A stretch of 64,000 nt of DNA from Acidobacteriota bacterium (GTDB lineage Bacteria; Acidobacteriota; CAIWXX01): contig JBFMAF010000045.1 of the NCBI GenBank assembly GCA_040755995.1, forward strand, positions 20,412 to 84,411, read 5' to 3'. The position numbers and the translations under genes were made by a program. Of the stretch, positions 18,616 through 29,569 are shown in pieces; position 1 is the stretch's first letter, and every line of letters starts with the position of its first letter. Under the pieces are notes generated by a model. It had not been told where the DNA came from, did not search any database, and was given only the letters and a program-made list of their open reading frames with translations.

Positions 18616-20640
18616 ATGAATCATTCAGGAACATTTGCGCGGACTCTTACTATTGCTCTCCTTTTCTCGGGCCCCATCTTATTCAGATCGTCGGCCGCGG
18701 CTGACGAGTCGATACGCGCCGGTCAGACTCAGCCATCCACATCATTGGGGCAGACTGAACCGGCAGCGACAAACGACGGACAGGGCAAGGGCGGAGTCGT
18801 TATCCCGAACCCCGTCGAGGTGGTGGTGACGGCGACACGCACCGAGCTGCCTACCCGAGAAGTAGCCAGCTCCACAACTGTCATAAGCAGTGCTGAGATC
18901 GATCAGAAGCAGGCGAACAGCGTCGTGGAGGCGCTGCGCAACGTCCCGGCGCTCGATGTCGTCCAATCCGGTGGGCCAGGGCACCACGCATCCGTCTTTA
19001 TCCGCGGTGCCCAGCCGGAACACACTCTGATGCTGATCGACGGCATCGAGATGAACGACCCGAGCTCGGCGGGGCGCACCTATGACTTTGAACAATTGAC
19101 GACGGACGACGTCGATCAGATAGAGATTATCCGAGGGCCGCAGAGCACGCTGTACGGCTCGGATGCTATCGGCGGCGTCATCAACATAATAACCAGGAAA
19201 GGCGACGGCCCGATGAGCAGCTCGGTTTCGGCCGAGGCCGGGTCGTTCGACACGTTTCGAGAGAAGCTGCGAGTGAGCGGCAGCAGCGGCGCATTCAACT
19301 ACTCGCTCGGCGTGTCCCGGACCGATTCTCAGGGCATATCTGCGGCCGACGAGTCGCTCGGCAATCCGGAAAAGGACGGACTCGGCAATACGAGCGTGTC
19401 TACGCGCCTCGGACTGTCGGCCGCCGCCAATCTTGATCTGGATGTTTTCGCGGGTTTGACAGATGCTACTACAGATGTAGACACCTACGGGGGGAGCGGC
19501 GGAGACGATCCCAACAGCTTTGTCTATTACAGGCAGTGGTATCTGCGCACACAGGGGACACTCAGATTGGCGGGCGGCACATGGGAGCAGAAGTTCGGCG
19601 TCTCTGTGTCCGAGCACTTCCGGCACTACTACGACGACGTAGATGCGCAGCACCCCTATGACCGCAACGACACCACCTTCAGCGGACGGATAATCAAGGC
19701 CGACTGGCAGTCCAACCTCTATTCTCGCGACATCAATACAATGACGATCGGCGTCGAGTCAGAGGATGAAAGAGGCCGGTCGCATTATTACTCGGAAAGC
19801 ATCTGGGGCCCTTACAGTAGCACCTTCGACGCGGTCTCGGCCCGCACATCCGGCGTCTTCGTGCAGGACCAGGTGAAAGTCTGCGGCGCATGGCTGACCA
19901 CTCTGGGTGCGAGGCTGGATGACCACAGTGAGTTCGGATCGAAGCTCACGTATCGGATCGCATCGGCATACCTGATCCCCGCCTGGGACAGCAAGATCAA
20001 GGGCACGTTTGGGACCGGCTTCAAGGCGCCATCGCTCTATCAGCTCTACTCGCAGTATGGCGACACGTCATTGAAGCCGGAGTCCAGCATGGGCTGGGAC
20101 ATCGGATTCGAACAGTACCTGCTTCATGAGACGCTGGCGGCGGGTGCCACCTATTTCCGGAACAGGTTTACGAACCTGATCGAATACGACAGTGCCACGT
20201 CGAAGTACGGGAATGTTCTTCAGGCGGATGCAAGCGGCGTTGAGATCTTTGCGTCGGTCGATCCGGGTGAAAAGCTGAGCTTCAGGGCCAGCTACACGCT
20301 GACAGATACAAGAGACGGGTCGACGGGCAGGCCGCTTATCCGCCGCCCGCGCCATAAATTCGGGTTTGATGTGAACAGCCGCCTGAATCAGCGCGCGAGC
20401 ATCCATGTCAGCCTCATCCATGTCGGGGAGCGGGAGGACAACGACAGCTCCACCTGGCCGTCGATTCCGGTGACCATGGATGCGTACACGATAGTGAATG
20501 TCGCGGCCAAGTACAGGATTGGTAGAAACATCCGGCTATTCGGACGGATCGACAACCTGTTCAATAGCGAATACGAGGAAGTCTACGGCTATGGGTCGCC
20601 CGGCATATCAGCTTCTTGCGGTGTCGGCCTGGCCTTCTGA
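18616..20640 (+). CDS. btuB: TonB-dependent cobalamin receptor
   Basis: EVVVTATR box, plug motifs VFIRG and IEIIRGPQSTLYGSDAIGGVINIIT, C-terminal F; riboswitch context. Confidence 0.9.
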   Translation: MNHSGTFARTLTIALLFSGPILFRSSAAADESIRAGQTQPSTSLGQTEPAATNDGQGKGGVVIPNPVEVVVTATRTELPTREVASSTTVISSAEIDQKQANSVVEALRNVPALDVVQSGGPGHHASVFIRGAQPEHTLMLIDGIEMNDPSSAGRTYDFEQLTTDDVDQIEIIRGPQSTLYGSDAIGGVINIITRKGDGPMSSSVSAEAGSFDTFREKLRVSGSSGAFNYSLGVSRTDSQGISAADESLGNPEKDGLGNTSVSTRLGLSAAANLDLDVFAGLTDATTDVDTYGGSGGDDPNSFVYYRQWYLRTQGTLRLAGGTWEQKFGVSVSEHFRHYYDDVDAQHPYDRNDTTFSGRIIKADWQSNLYSRDINTMTIGVESEDERGRSHYYSESIWGPYSSTFDAVSARTSGVFVQDQVKVCGAWLTTLGARLDDHSEFGSKLTYRIASAYLIPAWDSKIKGTFGTGFKAPSLYQLYSQYGDTSLKPESSMGWDIGFEQYLLHETLAAGATYFRNRFTNLIEYDSATSKYGNVLQADASGVEIFASVDPGEKLSFRASYTLTDTRDGSTGRPLIRRPRHKFGFDVNSRLNQRASIHVSLIHVGEREDNDSSTWPSIPVTMDAYTIVNVAAKYRIGRNIRLFGRIDNLFNSEYEEVYGYGSPGISASCGVGLAF

Positions 20641-20670
20641 TCAAGATCGATCCGCGCGGGCAAGCACAGA

Positions 20671-21483
20671 ATGCAATACGTTCTCAGCGGTGGAACCGGC
20701 AGGGGCCTGAAAGGGCGGTTTCCATTCAGACTCGGCACGACGTCCTACATTCTCCCAGCCGATATCGTGCCGAACGTGGAGTACCTGGCGCCCATGGTCG
20801 ACGACGTCGAGGTCCTGATATTCGAATCTGATGAGATCTCGAGCCTGCCGGACACTGCGGCTATCGAACGGCTGGTCGAACTGGCGCTTCGGCACCACCT
20901 GACCTACACGGTGCACCTGCCGCTGGATATTGATTTGGGAGCCTGTACCGATCGCCGCCAGGCGGTTGGGAAATGTCTGCGCGTGATCGATCGTGTGGCG
21001 CGCATCCGTCCATTCGCGTATGTGCTACATCTCGAGCCCCCGGACCGGCGCGCGCATGCGCCTGACGAGACGGCCGAATGGGTCCAAGCAGCGGACGAGT
21101 CGGTCGGCGAGATAGTCGAATCGATCGGTGATCCGGGATTGCTCTGCGCTGAGACCGTTGCGGTGCCGTTCGAACGGATCGAAGAAATCATAGTCAAGCA
21201 CGGGCTCTCGATATGTCTGGACATAGGACATATGGCGCTGCACGGATACGCTCTGGATGCATGCCTGAGACGCTGCTTCGCGAAGTGCCGTGTGATCCAT
21301 CTCCATGGGCTGAATGATGGGCAGGATCACAGGCACATCAAGCTGCTGGACCGGGCCTGGCGCGAGCTTCTCATGGACTATCTGTATGCGGACGCCGGCA
21401 GGGAGCGAGTCCTGACGATCGAGGTCTTTGCGCAGGAAGATCTCGACATATCCCTGGATGAAATGAGGACCCACATCAGATGA
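20671..21483 (+). CDS. cbiR: Cobamide remodelling phosphodiesterase CbiR-like (AP endonuclease 2/TIM barrel)
   Basis: FRLGTTSYILP, DDVEVLIFES, YTVHLPLD, CLDIGH, IHLHG...DH, LTIEVF; overlaps cobU start. Confidence 0.75.
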   Translation: MQYVLSGGTGRGLKGRFPFRLGTTSYILPADIVPNVEYLAPMVDDVEVLIFESDEISSLPDTAAIERLVELALRHHLTYTVHLPLDIDLGACTDRRQAVGKCLRVIDRVARIRPFAYVLHLEPPDRRAHAPDETAEWVQAADESVGEIVESIGDPGLLCAETVAVPFERIEEIIVKHGLSICLDIGHMALHGYALDACLRRCFAKCRVIHLHGLNDGQDHRHIKLLDRAWRELLMDYLYADAGRERVLTIEVFAQEDLDISLDEMRTHIR

Positions 21484-22010
21484 AGAAGGTCACGTTGATC
21501 ACAGGTGGATCGCGCAGCGGCAAGAGCCGGTATGCTCAGACGATTGCAATGCGATACGGCGGCACAAGGATCTTTGTCGCCACTGCAGAGCCGGTGGACG
21601 AGGAGATGCGCGCGCGGATCAGGAAGCACCAGGCCGAGCGGGCCGAATTGTTCACCACTATCGAGGAGCCTTACGACATTGGTAGTGCAATCGCGTCCTT
21701 GCCTCCTGGAACAGATGTGGCTATTGTCGACTGCCTGACAGTCTGGCTCGGCAACTTGATGTATCGAAACGAGCGATGCGATGTGACCGCACCGCCGATC
21801 CAACGGCTGCTCGGTATCCTCGATGATCCGCCCTGTGATGTCATCTTGGTGACGAACGAAGTCGGAATGGGTATCGTGCCTGATAGCGAGATGGCCCGTC
21901 GATACCGGGATTTGGCCGGACATCTGAATCAGGCGGTCGCGCAAAAGGCGGATCGAGTCGCCTTCATGGTCAGCGGTATACCCGTCATGATCAAAGGAGA
22001 AAAGGATTGA
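21480..22010 (+). CDS. cobU: Adenosylcobinamide kinase / cobinamide-phosphate guanylyltransferase
   Basis: [37 protein letters not shown]. Confidence 0.96.
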   Translation: MKKVTLITGGSRSGKSRYAQTIAMRYGGTRIFVATAEPVDEEMRARIRKHQAERAELFTTIEEPYDIGSAIASLPPGTDVAIVDCLTVWLGNLMYRNERCDVTAPPIQRLLGILDDPPCDVILVTNEVGMGIVPDSEMARRYRDLAGHLNQAVAQKADRVAFMVSGIPVMIKGEKD

Positions 22011-23065
22011 ATCTCGTTGAGACTACGATCAACGCTATAGCCCCAGTGGATCGATCTCTGTGCGCGCCGATTCAGGCACACCTCGACAACCTCACCAAAC
22101 CACGAGGGAGCCTGGGGCAACTGGAATCGATCGCAATGCAGTTTTGCGTCGCCGCCGGCACGCAGCGCCCGCGCATCGGGAGGAAGGTCATCTATTCATT
22201 CGCCGCAGATCATGGGGTGACTGATGAAGGGGTATCAGCCTTTCCGAAGGCTGTGACGCGACAGATGGTTGCGAACATGCTGAACGGCGGCGCCGCCGTC
22301 AACGTGCTCGCGCGTCACGTGAACGCCGAAGTGCGCGTGGTCGATGTGGGCGTCGACGACCCCCTGCTCGATCTGAACGGCTTGATTCGGAGAAAGGTGC
22401 GCTCGGGGACTCGGAATATGGCCAGGGGCCCGGCGATGACCGAGCAGGAGGCGAGGAGTGCAGTGGAGGTCGGCATCGAGCTCGCGATTGGAGCTATCGC
22501 CGAGGGCGCCGGACTGCTGGGGACCGGCGAGATGGGCATAGGGAACACAACGCCTTCATCGGCGATTCTCGCCACGCTCCTGCCATGCGATGTTCCCGAG
22601 GTCACCGGGCGGGGCACCGGCATCGATGATGTGACACTGAAACGAAAAATCGAGGTGATCCGGAGAGCAATCGATGTCAACCGCGGCCTGCTTGACACCC
22701 CGTTCGGCGCTCTCGCGGCCGTCGGCGGGCTGGAAATCGCGGGCATCTGCGGATTGATCCTGGGCGCCGCATCGCGGAGGATCCCTGTGGTGGTCGATGG
22801 CTTCATTTCATCGGCGGGAGCGATGGTGGCCACGAAGATGTGTCCGCATGTCACTGGCTACCTTTTCTACAGCCATAGATCGAACGAAGCGGGGCACTCG
22901 GTTTTTCTCGACAGGTGTGGCATTCGCCCCATTCTGGCGCTGGATATGCGGCTCGGCGAGGGCACCGGCGCGGCACTGGCGATGTCTGTAATCGAAGCAG
23001 CCATAAAGATCTACAATGAAATGGCGACGTTCGATTCAGCCGCAGTGTCGAGGAAAGAGGAATAG
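22007..23065 (+). CDS. cobT: Nicotinate-nucleotide--dimethylbenzimidazole phosphoribosyltransferase
   Basis: [33 protein letters not shown]. Confidence 0.96.
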   Translation: MNLVETTINAIAPVDRSLCAPIQAHLDNLTKPRGSLGQLESIAMQFCVAAGTQRPRIGRKVIYSFAADHGVTDEGVSAFPKAVTRQMVANMLNGGAAVNVLARHVNAEVRVVDVGVDDPLLDLNGLIRRKVRSGTRNMARGPAMTEQEARSAVEVGIELAIGAIAEGAGLLGTGEMGIGNTTPSSAILATLLPCDVPEVTGRGTGIDDVTLKRKIEVIRRAIDVNRGLLDTPFGALAAVGGLEIAGICGLILGAASRRIPVVVDGFISSAGAMVATKMCPHVTGYLFYSHRSNEAGHSVFLDRCGIRPILALDMRLGEGTGAALAMSVIEAAIKIYNEMATFDSAAVSRKEE

Positions 23066-23068
23066 ACG

Positions 23069-23848
23069 GTGCTGCGAGGGCTGGTGACCGCTCTCCGTAC
23101 TCTGACTGCGGTGCGGATTCCCGGACGCGACGCCGAGAGCCTGGCGGATTCGCTGCCGTGGTTCCCGGTGGTCGGCGGGCTGATAGGCGTCACTCTCGTG
23201 CTCGCCGCGCGCCTGTCGCTCTCTGCTTCACAGAGCTGGACGGATGGAGCCTCGGTCGTCACGCTCGCTGTCGGCGTCCTCCTGACCCGCGCCCTGCACC
23301 TGGACGGACTCGCGGACTGGGCCGATGGATTCGGTGGAAGCAGGAACCGCGAGCGTGTGCTGGAGATCATGAAAGACCCGCGAACAGGTACCTTCGGAGT
23401 GATTTCACTGATCGTGATTCTGCTAGCCAAATTGATCGGCTATTCACGAATCATATCAGCCGGCTCTTTTCATTGGATGATCTCGGCGTGCATCGTTTCG
23501 AGGGCGATCCAGGTGGAGCTTGCTGCGAGCCTTCCGTACGCACGAACCGGTGGGGGCACGGCGCAATCGTTCGTCTCGGGCGCGCGCGAATGGCATCGCA
23601 TTTCTTCAGCGGCGGCCGCGCTGCTGCTGGCAGCTGTGTGCAGCGGTGTGGCCGGCACGCTGCTCGTGGCCTGCGGCTGGATCGCGGCGCGTGTACTGGC
23701 GACCTGGTTCCGGCGCCGCGTCGGCGGGATCACCGGCGATCTGCTGGGCGCTTCCAGCGAGCTCGTGGAGACTGGGATCCTGCTTGTCTGTGCCGCAACC
23801 GATCTTTGGCTGAGCCGTCTCACGATATGGAGCGCACCATGGCACTGA
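23069..23848 (+). CDS. cobS: Adenosylcobinamide-GDP ribazoletransferase (cobalamin synthase)
   Basis: LHLDGLADWADG, IMKDPRTGTFG, GGITGDLLGA. Confidence 0.95.
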   Translation: MLRGLVTALRTLTAVRIPGRDAESLADSLPWFPVVGGLIGVTLVLAARLSLSASQSWTDGASVVTLAVGVLLTRALHLDGLADWADGFGGSRNRERVLEIMKDPRTGTFGVISLIVILLAKLIGYSRIISAGSFHWMISACIVSRAIQVELAASLPYARTGGGTAQSFVSGAREWHRISSAAAALLLAAVCSGVAGTLLVACGWIAARVLATWFRRRVGGITGDLLGASSELVETGILLVCAATDLWLSRLTIWSAPWH

Positions 23849-25374
23849 CAGGCGCTCGATGCCTTGCGATCCTCGGCACCGGGTCCGATGCCGGCAAGAG
23901 CGTCGTTGTCACGGCGCTCTGCCGGATCTTCAGCGACATGGGATTGCGAGTCGCTCCGTTCAAAGCCCAGAACATGTCGAACAACTCGTATGTCACACCC
24001 GATCGCGGCGAGATAGGCCGCGCTCAGGTAGTGCAGGCCGAAGCGGCCCGCGCACCGCTCCACGTCGACATGAATCCAGTGCTACTGAAGCCGAGCAGCG
24101 ATACGGGAGCGCAGATCGTGCTGCACGGCAGGCCGTTGGCAAATCGGGAAGCCGGCGAGTATTTCAAGGACACGGCCTTTCTGTTCGAAAAGGCCCTGGG
24201 CAGCTTGAACCGGCTTCGTGCATCCTACGATTTCGTCGTGCTGGAGGGAGCCGGATCCTGTGCGGAAGTGAATCTCCTGAGCATGGACATCGTCAACATG
24301 CGAATGGCGGCGGCCGCTGATGCGCCCGTCATCCTCGTGGCCGACATCGACCGAGGCGGCGTATTCGCACAGATCATCGGCACTCTCGACGTGCTTCCGC
24401 CCGCGGACAGCGCGCGGATCCGCGGCTTCATCATCAACAGGTTCCGCGGCGATGCGGCCCTTTTCGAGGAAGGAATCAGATACATAGAAGAACGCACGCA
24501 GAGGCCGGTCCTGGGACTCATACCGTATTTCCATCACATCGAGATCGACTGCGAAGACGGGATGTCCATCGACACGCTCATCGATCCGCCTGGCGGTCCC
24601 GATGCGCGCCGGATAAACATCGCCGTCCTGCGGCTCCCCCACATCTCCAATTTCACGGACTTCTCCCCGCTGCAGCGCGAGCCCTCCGTTGCGTTGCACT
24701 ATCTGATGCGGCTGCGGCCGCTCGTTGACTACGATGTCGTCTTCCTTCCGGGCACAAAGAATGTGCGGGCCGACCTGGAGTGGATGAGGCGCGAACATTG
24801 GGACAGTGCGATCCTGGATTATTCGAAGATGGGCGGGAGAGTGGTCGGAATCTGCGGAGGATACCAGATGTCGGGGAGGCTCATCCTGGATCCGAATGGC
24901 ATCGAGGGTAACCCTGGCGATACTCAAGGGCTCGGATTGCTCGACATCCGCACGACTATCATGCCGGAAAAGAAGCTGGAAACGTGCTCGGGCGTATGGA
25001 TCGCCGATGATACGCCCGTGGAAGGCTACGAGATCCACATGGGGATCACTGATCGCCTGACGAACATCCCGCATATCATCCGGCTGCAGACCCGAAGTTC
25101 CGTGGCATCGTCCGGCCTCGACGGCTCGCGATCCAGCGACGGAAGGATATGGGGCACATATCTGCACGGGCTTTTTGATGGGCCGGAATTCCGCAGCGTA
25201 TTCCTGAAGTCCATTGATCGGAGGGGTGTGTTTCAGCCAAGCGGCTCGATCGCGCTGCACGAATCGCTCTACAAGCAGCAGCAATACGACCTGCTGGCGC
25301 AGCACTTCAAATCGCATCTGGACATCGCGGCACTGATGAAGATCGCAAGGATCGGCATCACACCGGCCGTCTGA
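23839..25374 (+). CDS. cobQ: Cobyric acid synthase
   Basis: GTGSDAGKS, PFKAQNMSNNS, EGAGS, ISNFTDF, GICGGYQM, GYEIH, GTYLHG; start reset to ATG 23839. Confidence 0.95.
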   Translation: MALTGARCLAILGTGSDAGKSVVVTALCRIFSDMGLRVAPFKAQNMSNNSYVTPDRGEIGRAQVVQAEAARAPLHVDMNPVLLKPSSDTGAQIVLHGRPLANREAGEYFKDTAFLFEKALGSLNRLRASYDFVVLEGAGSCAEVNLLSMDIVNMRMAAAADAPVILVADIDRGGVFAQIIGTLDVLPPADSARIRGFIINRFRGDAALFEEGIRYIEERTQRPVLGLIPYFHHIEIDCEDGMSIDTLIDPPGGPDARRINIAVLRLPHISNFTDFSPLQREPSVALHYLMRLRPLVDYDVVFLPGTKNVRADLEWMRREHWDSAILDYSKMGGRVVGICGGYQMSGRLILDPNGIEGNPGDTQGLGLLDIRTTIMPEKKLETCSGVWIADDTPVEGYEIHMGITDRLTNIPHIIRLQTRSSVASSGLDGSRSSDGRIWGTYLHGLFDGPEFRSVFLKSIDRRGVFQPSGSIALHESLYKQQQYDLLAQHFKSHLDIAALMKIARIGITPAV

Positions 25375-25443
25375 AAGGAGCCGCAGGCGCGGATTGGGCT
25401 ACAGCGCTTTACTCGCTGACCTGCTGCTGTTAGTATTCGCTGG

Positions 25444-27789
25444 ATGCTTCGGATCCGCGTGGCGAAATTCAATGCGCGGAAGCTGATTCCGAGCCGGCGG
25501 GTGCTGAAGTACGTGCTGATCGTACTGGCATTCGCAGTGGTCGTCTCGGTCGGATCGCTCGGCGGCTTCTTCCTCGCGTACCAGAGGGGTCTGCCGCGCG
25601 TTCAGGCGATCGAGGACTACCGTCCGTCGCTGATCACGGAGATCATTACCGAGGACGGTGTGGTGACCGGGCAGTTCGCCCTGGAGCGACGCATCCTGAT
25701 CCGGTACGAAGACATGCCGCCGGTTCTGAGGAATGCGTTGTTGGCGGCCGAGGACCCCCGATACTTCACGCATTGGGGGATCGATCCGATCGGGATCACG
25801 CGCGCATTCATCAAGAATCTCATCGCGGGGCGTGTGGTCGAAGGCGCGTCGACCATAACGCAGCAGCTCGCCCAGATGCTCTTCGTCGGCAGGCAGCCGA
25901 CGTATCGCCGGAAGATCGAAGAAGCGATGCTGTCGCTGCAGATCGAGAAGAACTACACCAAGGAGCAGATCTTCACGCTCTACGCGAACCAGATCTACCT
26001 CGGGCACGGCGTCTATGGTGTAGAGGCCGCATCGGAGTTCTACTTCAACAAGCATGCGAAAGAGGTGACGCTGCCGGAATCGGCGATGATCGCAGGGCTG
26101 GTGGCTTCTCCGGGCAGGTTCTCTCCGATCACCAACCCGGGCGAGGCCCTGCAGAGGCGAAACCACATTCTGTCACGGATGCGGGACGAGAAGATGATCT
26201 CGGCCGAGGAATGCACGGCGGCGCAGGCAACGCCCATCTCGATCTCAAAACCGCCCCGCGAGACCTCGGCCTCGGCCTACTTCAACGAGGAGATAAGGAA
26301 GTTTCTGGAGGAGAGGTTCGGGAGCCAGCGGCTGTATCACGAGGGGCTGATCGTCCAGTCGACGCTGAACGAGGAAATGCAGAAAGCCGCCGTGGTTGCG
26401 TTGCGGAAGGGCTTGCGTGATCTGGATAAGCGGCAGGGGTTCAGGAAGATCACCGAGAACTGGCTGAAGCAGGGAGGCCAGTTGGAGACCTTTCACGATG
26501 CGGACTGGGACCAGCCGTTCCGAGAGGGAGACATCGTCCGAGGGCTCGTGACTGACGTCTCCGACAAGGCCGCGCACATCAAGCTCGGGACTTACACCGC
26601 AACTCTCGATCCGTCGGGCATCAAGTGGACGTACCGGACGGCGATCCGCCAGGTGCTCACCGCCGGCGATGTCGCCCCCTTCCTCATCCATCAGAAAGAC
26701 GAGAGCACTCTCACCTGCAAGGTATCATTGGAACAGGTGCCGCGAGTCGAAGGCGCGCTGGTGGCGCTGGAACCTGCCACGGGCGAGGTCAGGGCGATGG
26801 TGGGCGGCTATGACTATAACCAGAGCAAGTTCAACCGCGCCACGCAGGCGTTGCGGCAGGTGGGGTCCGCCTTCAAGCCGTTCATCTACTGTGCGGCGAT
26901 CGACTCCGGGCTGCCGCCGCCGATGCTTCTTCTGGATGCCCCCGTCACGTTTTTCGACAAGTGGACCGGCACACCATGGACGCCGCACAACTACGACCAG
27001 AAGTACAAGGGCATGGTCACGATGCGGCGCGCGCTCGAGCAGAGTCGCAACGTACCGACTGCCCGGCTGCTGGACAAGATAGGCGTTGACAAGGCGGTGG
27101 AGCTCGCCAAGCGCTTCGGCATCACCTCAAAGCTCCATCCCTTTCTCTCCCTCTCGCTCGGTACCTCCGAGGTCACTCTGCTCGAGATGACATCGGCATT
27201 CTCGGCCTTTCCCAACCAGGGGGTGCGGGTGGAGCCGCGGTACATCCGGATGATCAAGGACCGGCAGGGATCGATACTGTATGAGACGCATCTGGAGGCG
27301 CATGAGGTGGTCCGCGCCGAGACGGCCTTCGTGACGCTGAACCTCATGCGGGGTGTCGTGGACCGCGGTACAGCGACGCGGGCCAAGGTTCTGAAGCGAC
27401 CGCTGGGCGGCAAGACCGGCACCACCGATGATTACTCCGACGCCTGGTTCATCGGCTACACGCCGTCTCTGTGCGTGGGCGTATGGGTCGGATTCGACAC
27501 CAAGAAGACGCTCGGCAAGAACGAGGTGGGCGCTCGCGCCGCCCTCCCGATCTGGGTGGACTTCATGGGGCATGTGATGAAGGACAAGCCGATCGAGCAG
27601 TTTGCAGTCCCGCCGGGAGTCGCCTTCGCAAAGGTCGATCGGCTGAGCGGCTTCCTGGCCACACCCATGTGCACCGATACGATACTCGAGTGCTTCATCA
27701 AGGGCACCGAGCCGAATCGCTTCTGCGCCGACGAGGACCACAGGCTCACCGTGACCGCGCCTGACACCGAGGACGAGGAGACTGAGTAG
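25444..27789 (+). CDS. mrcA: Class A penicillin-binding protein 1A
   Basis: Transglycosylase EDPRYFTHWG and GASTITQQL; transpeptidase SAFK, SRN, KTG. Confidence 0.92.
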   Translation: MLRIRVAKFNARKLIPSRRVLKYVLIVLAFAVVVSVGSLGGFFLAYQRGLPRVQAIEDYRPSLITEIITEDGVVTGQFALERRILIRYEDMPPVLRNALLAAEDPRYFTHWGIDPIGITRAFIKNLIAGRVVEGASTITQQLAQMLFVGRQPTYRRKIEEAMLSLQIEKNYTKEQIFTLYANQIYLGHGVYGVEAASEFYFNKHAKEVTLPESAMIAGLVASPGRFSPITNPGEALQRRNHILSRMRDEKMISAEECTAAQATPISISKPPRETSASAYFNEEIRKFLEERFGSQRLYHEGLIVQSTLNEEMQKAAVVALRKGLRDLDKRQGFRKITENWLKQGGQLETFHDADWDQPFREGDIVRGLVTDVSDKAAHIKLGTYTATLDPSGIKWTYRTAIRQVLTAGDVAPFLIHQKDESTLTCKVSLEQVPRVEGALVALEPATGEVRAMVGGYDYNQSKFNRATQALRQVGSAFKPFIYCAAIDSGLPPPMLLLDAPVTFFDKWTGTPWTPHNYDQKYKGMVTMRRALEQSRNVPTARLLDKIGVDKAVELAKRFGITSKLHPFLSLSLGTSEVTLLEMTSAFSAFPNQGVRVEPRYIRMIKDRQGSILYETHLEAHEVVRAETAFVTLNLMRGVVDRGTATRAKVLKRPLGGKTGTTDDYSDAWFIGYTPSLCVGVWVGFDTKKTLGKNEVGARAALPIWVDFMGHVMKDKPIEQFAVPPGVAFAKVDRLSGFLATPMCTDTILECFIKGTEPNRFCADEDHRLTVTAPDTEDEETE

Positions 27790-27797
27790 TCGGAGAG

Positions 27798-29558
27798 CTA
27801 CCGGTCCAGCTTGATGTGCAGCTCGCCCAGCTGCTTCGCGTCCACGGGCGACGGGCTCTCAGTCATCAGGCACAGAGCCGACGTCGTTTTCGGAAACGCG
27901 ATGACATCGCGAATCGAGCTCTCGCCGGCGAGGATCATGCAGATCCGGTCGAACCCAAGCGCGATGCCTCCGTGCGGCGGAGCGCCGTACTCCAGTGCGT
28001 CCAGGAAGAAACCGAACCTGAGGCCCGCCTCGACTTCCGAAAACCCGAGGGCCTTGAACATCGCCTGCTGCATCTCGGGGCGATGAATACGGATGCTGCC
28101 GCCGCCGATCTCGGTGCCGTTGAGCACCAGGTCGTATGCCTTCGCCCGCACCTTCCCCGGTTCCGTTTCGAGCAACGGGAGGTCATCCTCATGAGGTGAC
28201 GTGAACGGGTGGTGGCACGCCACCCACCGGTTCTCTTCGGGGCTCCATTCGACCAGTGGAAAGTCGTACACCCACAGGAAACCGTACGCGTTGGCCGGAA
28301 CGAGGTTCTCGCGCCGCGCGATGGACAAGCGCAACGCGCCGAGAATGCGCGAGACGTCACCTGGGGGGCCGACTTGCAGGAAGGCGCAATCGCCCTCGGC
28401 CGTGCCCAGCCGCGCTGCCATGCCGGCCAAAATCTCCTGGCTCAGCTGCTTCTGAACGGGCGACTGGAACGCGCCTTCCTTGCGCTTGATCCAGATCAGC
28501 CCTTTGGCTCCGAGCCTCCTGGCCTCCTCCTCGATCGTCTGCAGCTCTTTGCGCGAGTAGTTGGCGCCGCCCGGGACATTGAAGCCCCGTGTCACCCAGC
28601 CTTCCGCCGCGGCCTGCTTGAACAAGGCCGCCTCCGTATTTTCTACAATCGTAGATAAATCGGCGATCTTCATCTCGAATCGAGAGTCGGGCTTGTCCGA
28701 GCCGTAGCTCGCCATTGCCTCGGCGTAGGTCATACGAGGGAACGGCGGGCGCACATCGATATCAGCCAGCGCGAACACCTGCTGTATCATGGGTTCGATC
28801 AGGGCGAAAATCGTCTCCTGCGTCGGGAAGCTCATCTCGATGTCGACCTGGGTGAACTCGGGCTGGCGGTCCGCGCGCAGGTCCTCATCGCGGAAGCAGC
28901 GCACGATCTGGTAGTAGCGGTCGTATCCCGCGATCATGAAAAGCTGCTTGAAGAGCTGCGGGGACTGCGGGAGCGCATAGAACATTCCGGGGTTGACGCG
29001 GCTGGGGACCAGGTAGTCCCGCGCACCTTCAGGTGTCGACTTCGTCAGGAACGGTGTCTCGAGCTCCAGGAAGCCCTGCCCGGCCAGATAGTTCCGAATC
29101 GTCAGCGCGGCCTGATGGCGCAGCTTGAGGTTGGCCTGCAGGCGCGGGCGGCGCAGGTCCAGGTACCGGTACTTCAGGCGCGTGTCATCGGAAGCCTGTG
29201 GCGGGTCGTCGATCACGAAAGGCGGGGTCTTGGCGGTGTTGAGAACCTGGAGATCCGTCGCGACGACCTCGATCGCGCCGGTCGCCATGTTGGGATTCAC
29301 CGCCTGGCGTCTCTCGACGACACCGCCCACCTGCACCACGTACTCGCTCCGTACGTCCTTGGCGGCCCGGTGAAGGTCAGGGTGCTTCTCGGCATTGAAG
29401 AGCACCTGGCAGATGCCCGAGCGGTCGCGCAGATCGATGAACGTGAGCCCGCCCAGCTCGCGGCGGCGGTGGACCCAACCGGCAAGCGTGACGGTCTGGC
29501 CAACGTGATCTAGGGAGAGCGTGCCACAGTAGTGAGTTCTCTGCGTGGTCGGTTGCAT
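27798..29558 (-). CDS. aspS: Aspartate--tRNA ligase
   Basis: [43 protein letters not shown]. Confidence 0.97.
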   Translation of the reverse strand: MQPTTQRTHYCGTLSLDHVGQTVTLAGWVHRRRELGGLTFIDLRDRSGICQVLFNAEKHPDLHRAAKDVRSEYVVQVGGVVERRQAVNPNMATGAIEVVATDLQVLNTAKTPPFVIDDPPQASDDTRLKYRYLDLRRPRLQANLKLRHQAALTIRNYLAGQGFLELETPFLTKSTPEGARDYLVPSRVNPGMFYALPQSPQLFKQLFMIAGYDRYYQIVRCFRDEDLRADRQPEFTQVDIEMSFPTQETIFALIEPMIQQVFALADIDVRPPFPRMTYAEAMASYGSDKPDSRFEMKIADLSTIVENTEAALFKQAAAEGWVTRGFNVPGGANYSRKELQTIEEEARRLGAKGLIWIKRKEGAFQSPVQKQLSQEILAGMAARLGTAEGDCAFLQVGPPGDVSRILGALRLSIARRENLVPANAYGFLWVYDFPLVEWSPEENRWVACHHPFTSPHEDDLPLLETEPGKVRAKAYDLVLNGTEIGGGSIRIHRPEMQQAMFKALGFSEVEAGLRFGFFLDALEYGAPPHGGIALGFDRICMILAGESSIRDVIAFPKTTSALCLMTESPSPVDAKQLGELHIKLDR

Positions 29559-29569
29559 GATCCCTCTCC

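Noticed and set aside
23158..23838. Long N-terminal extension of cobQ in the ORF track
   Set aside because: Overlaps cobS in another frame; CobQ motifs begin at ATG 23839
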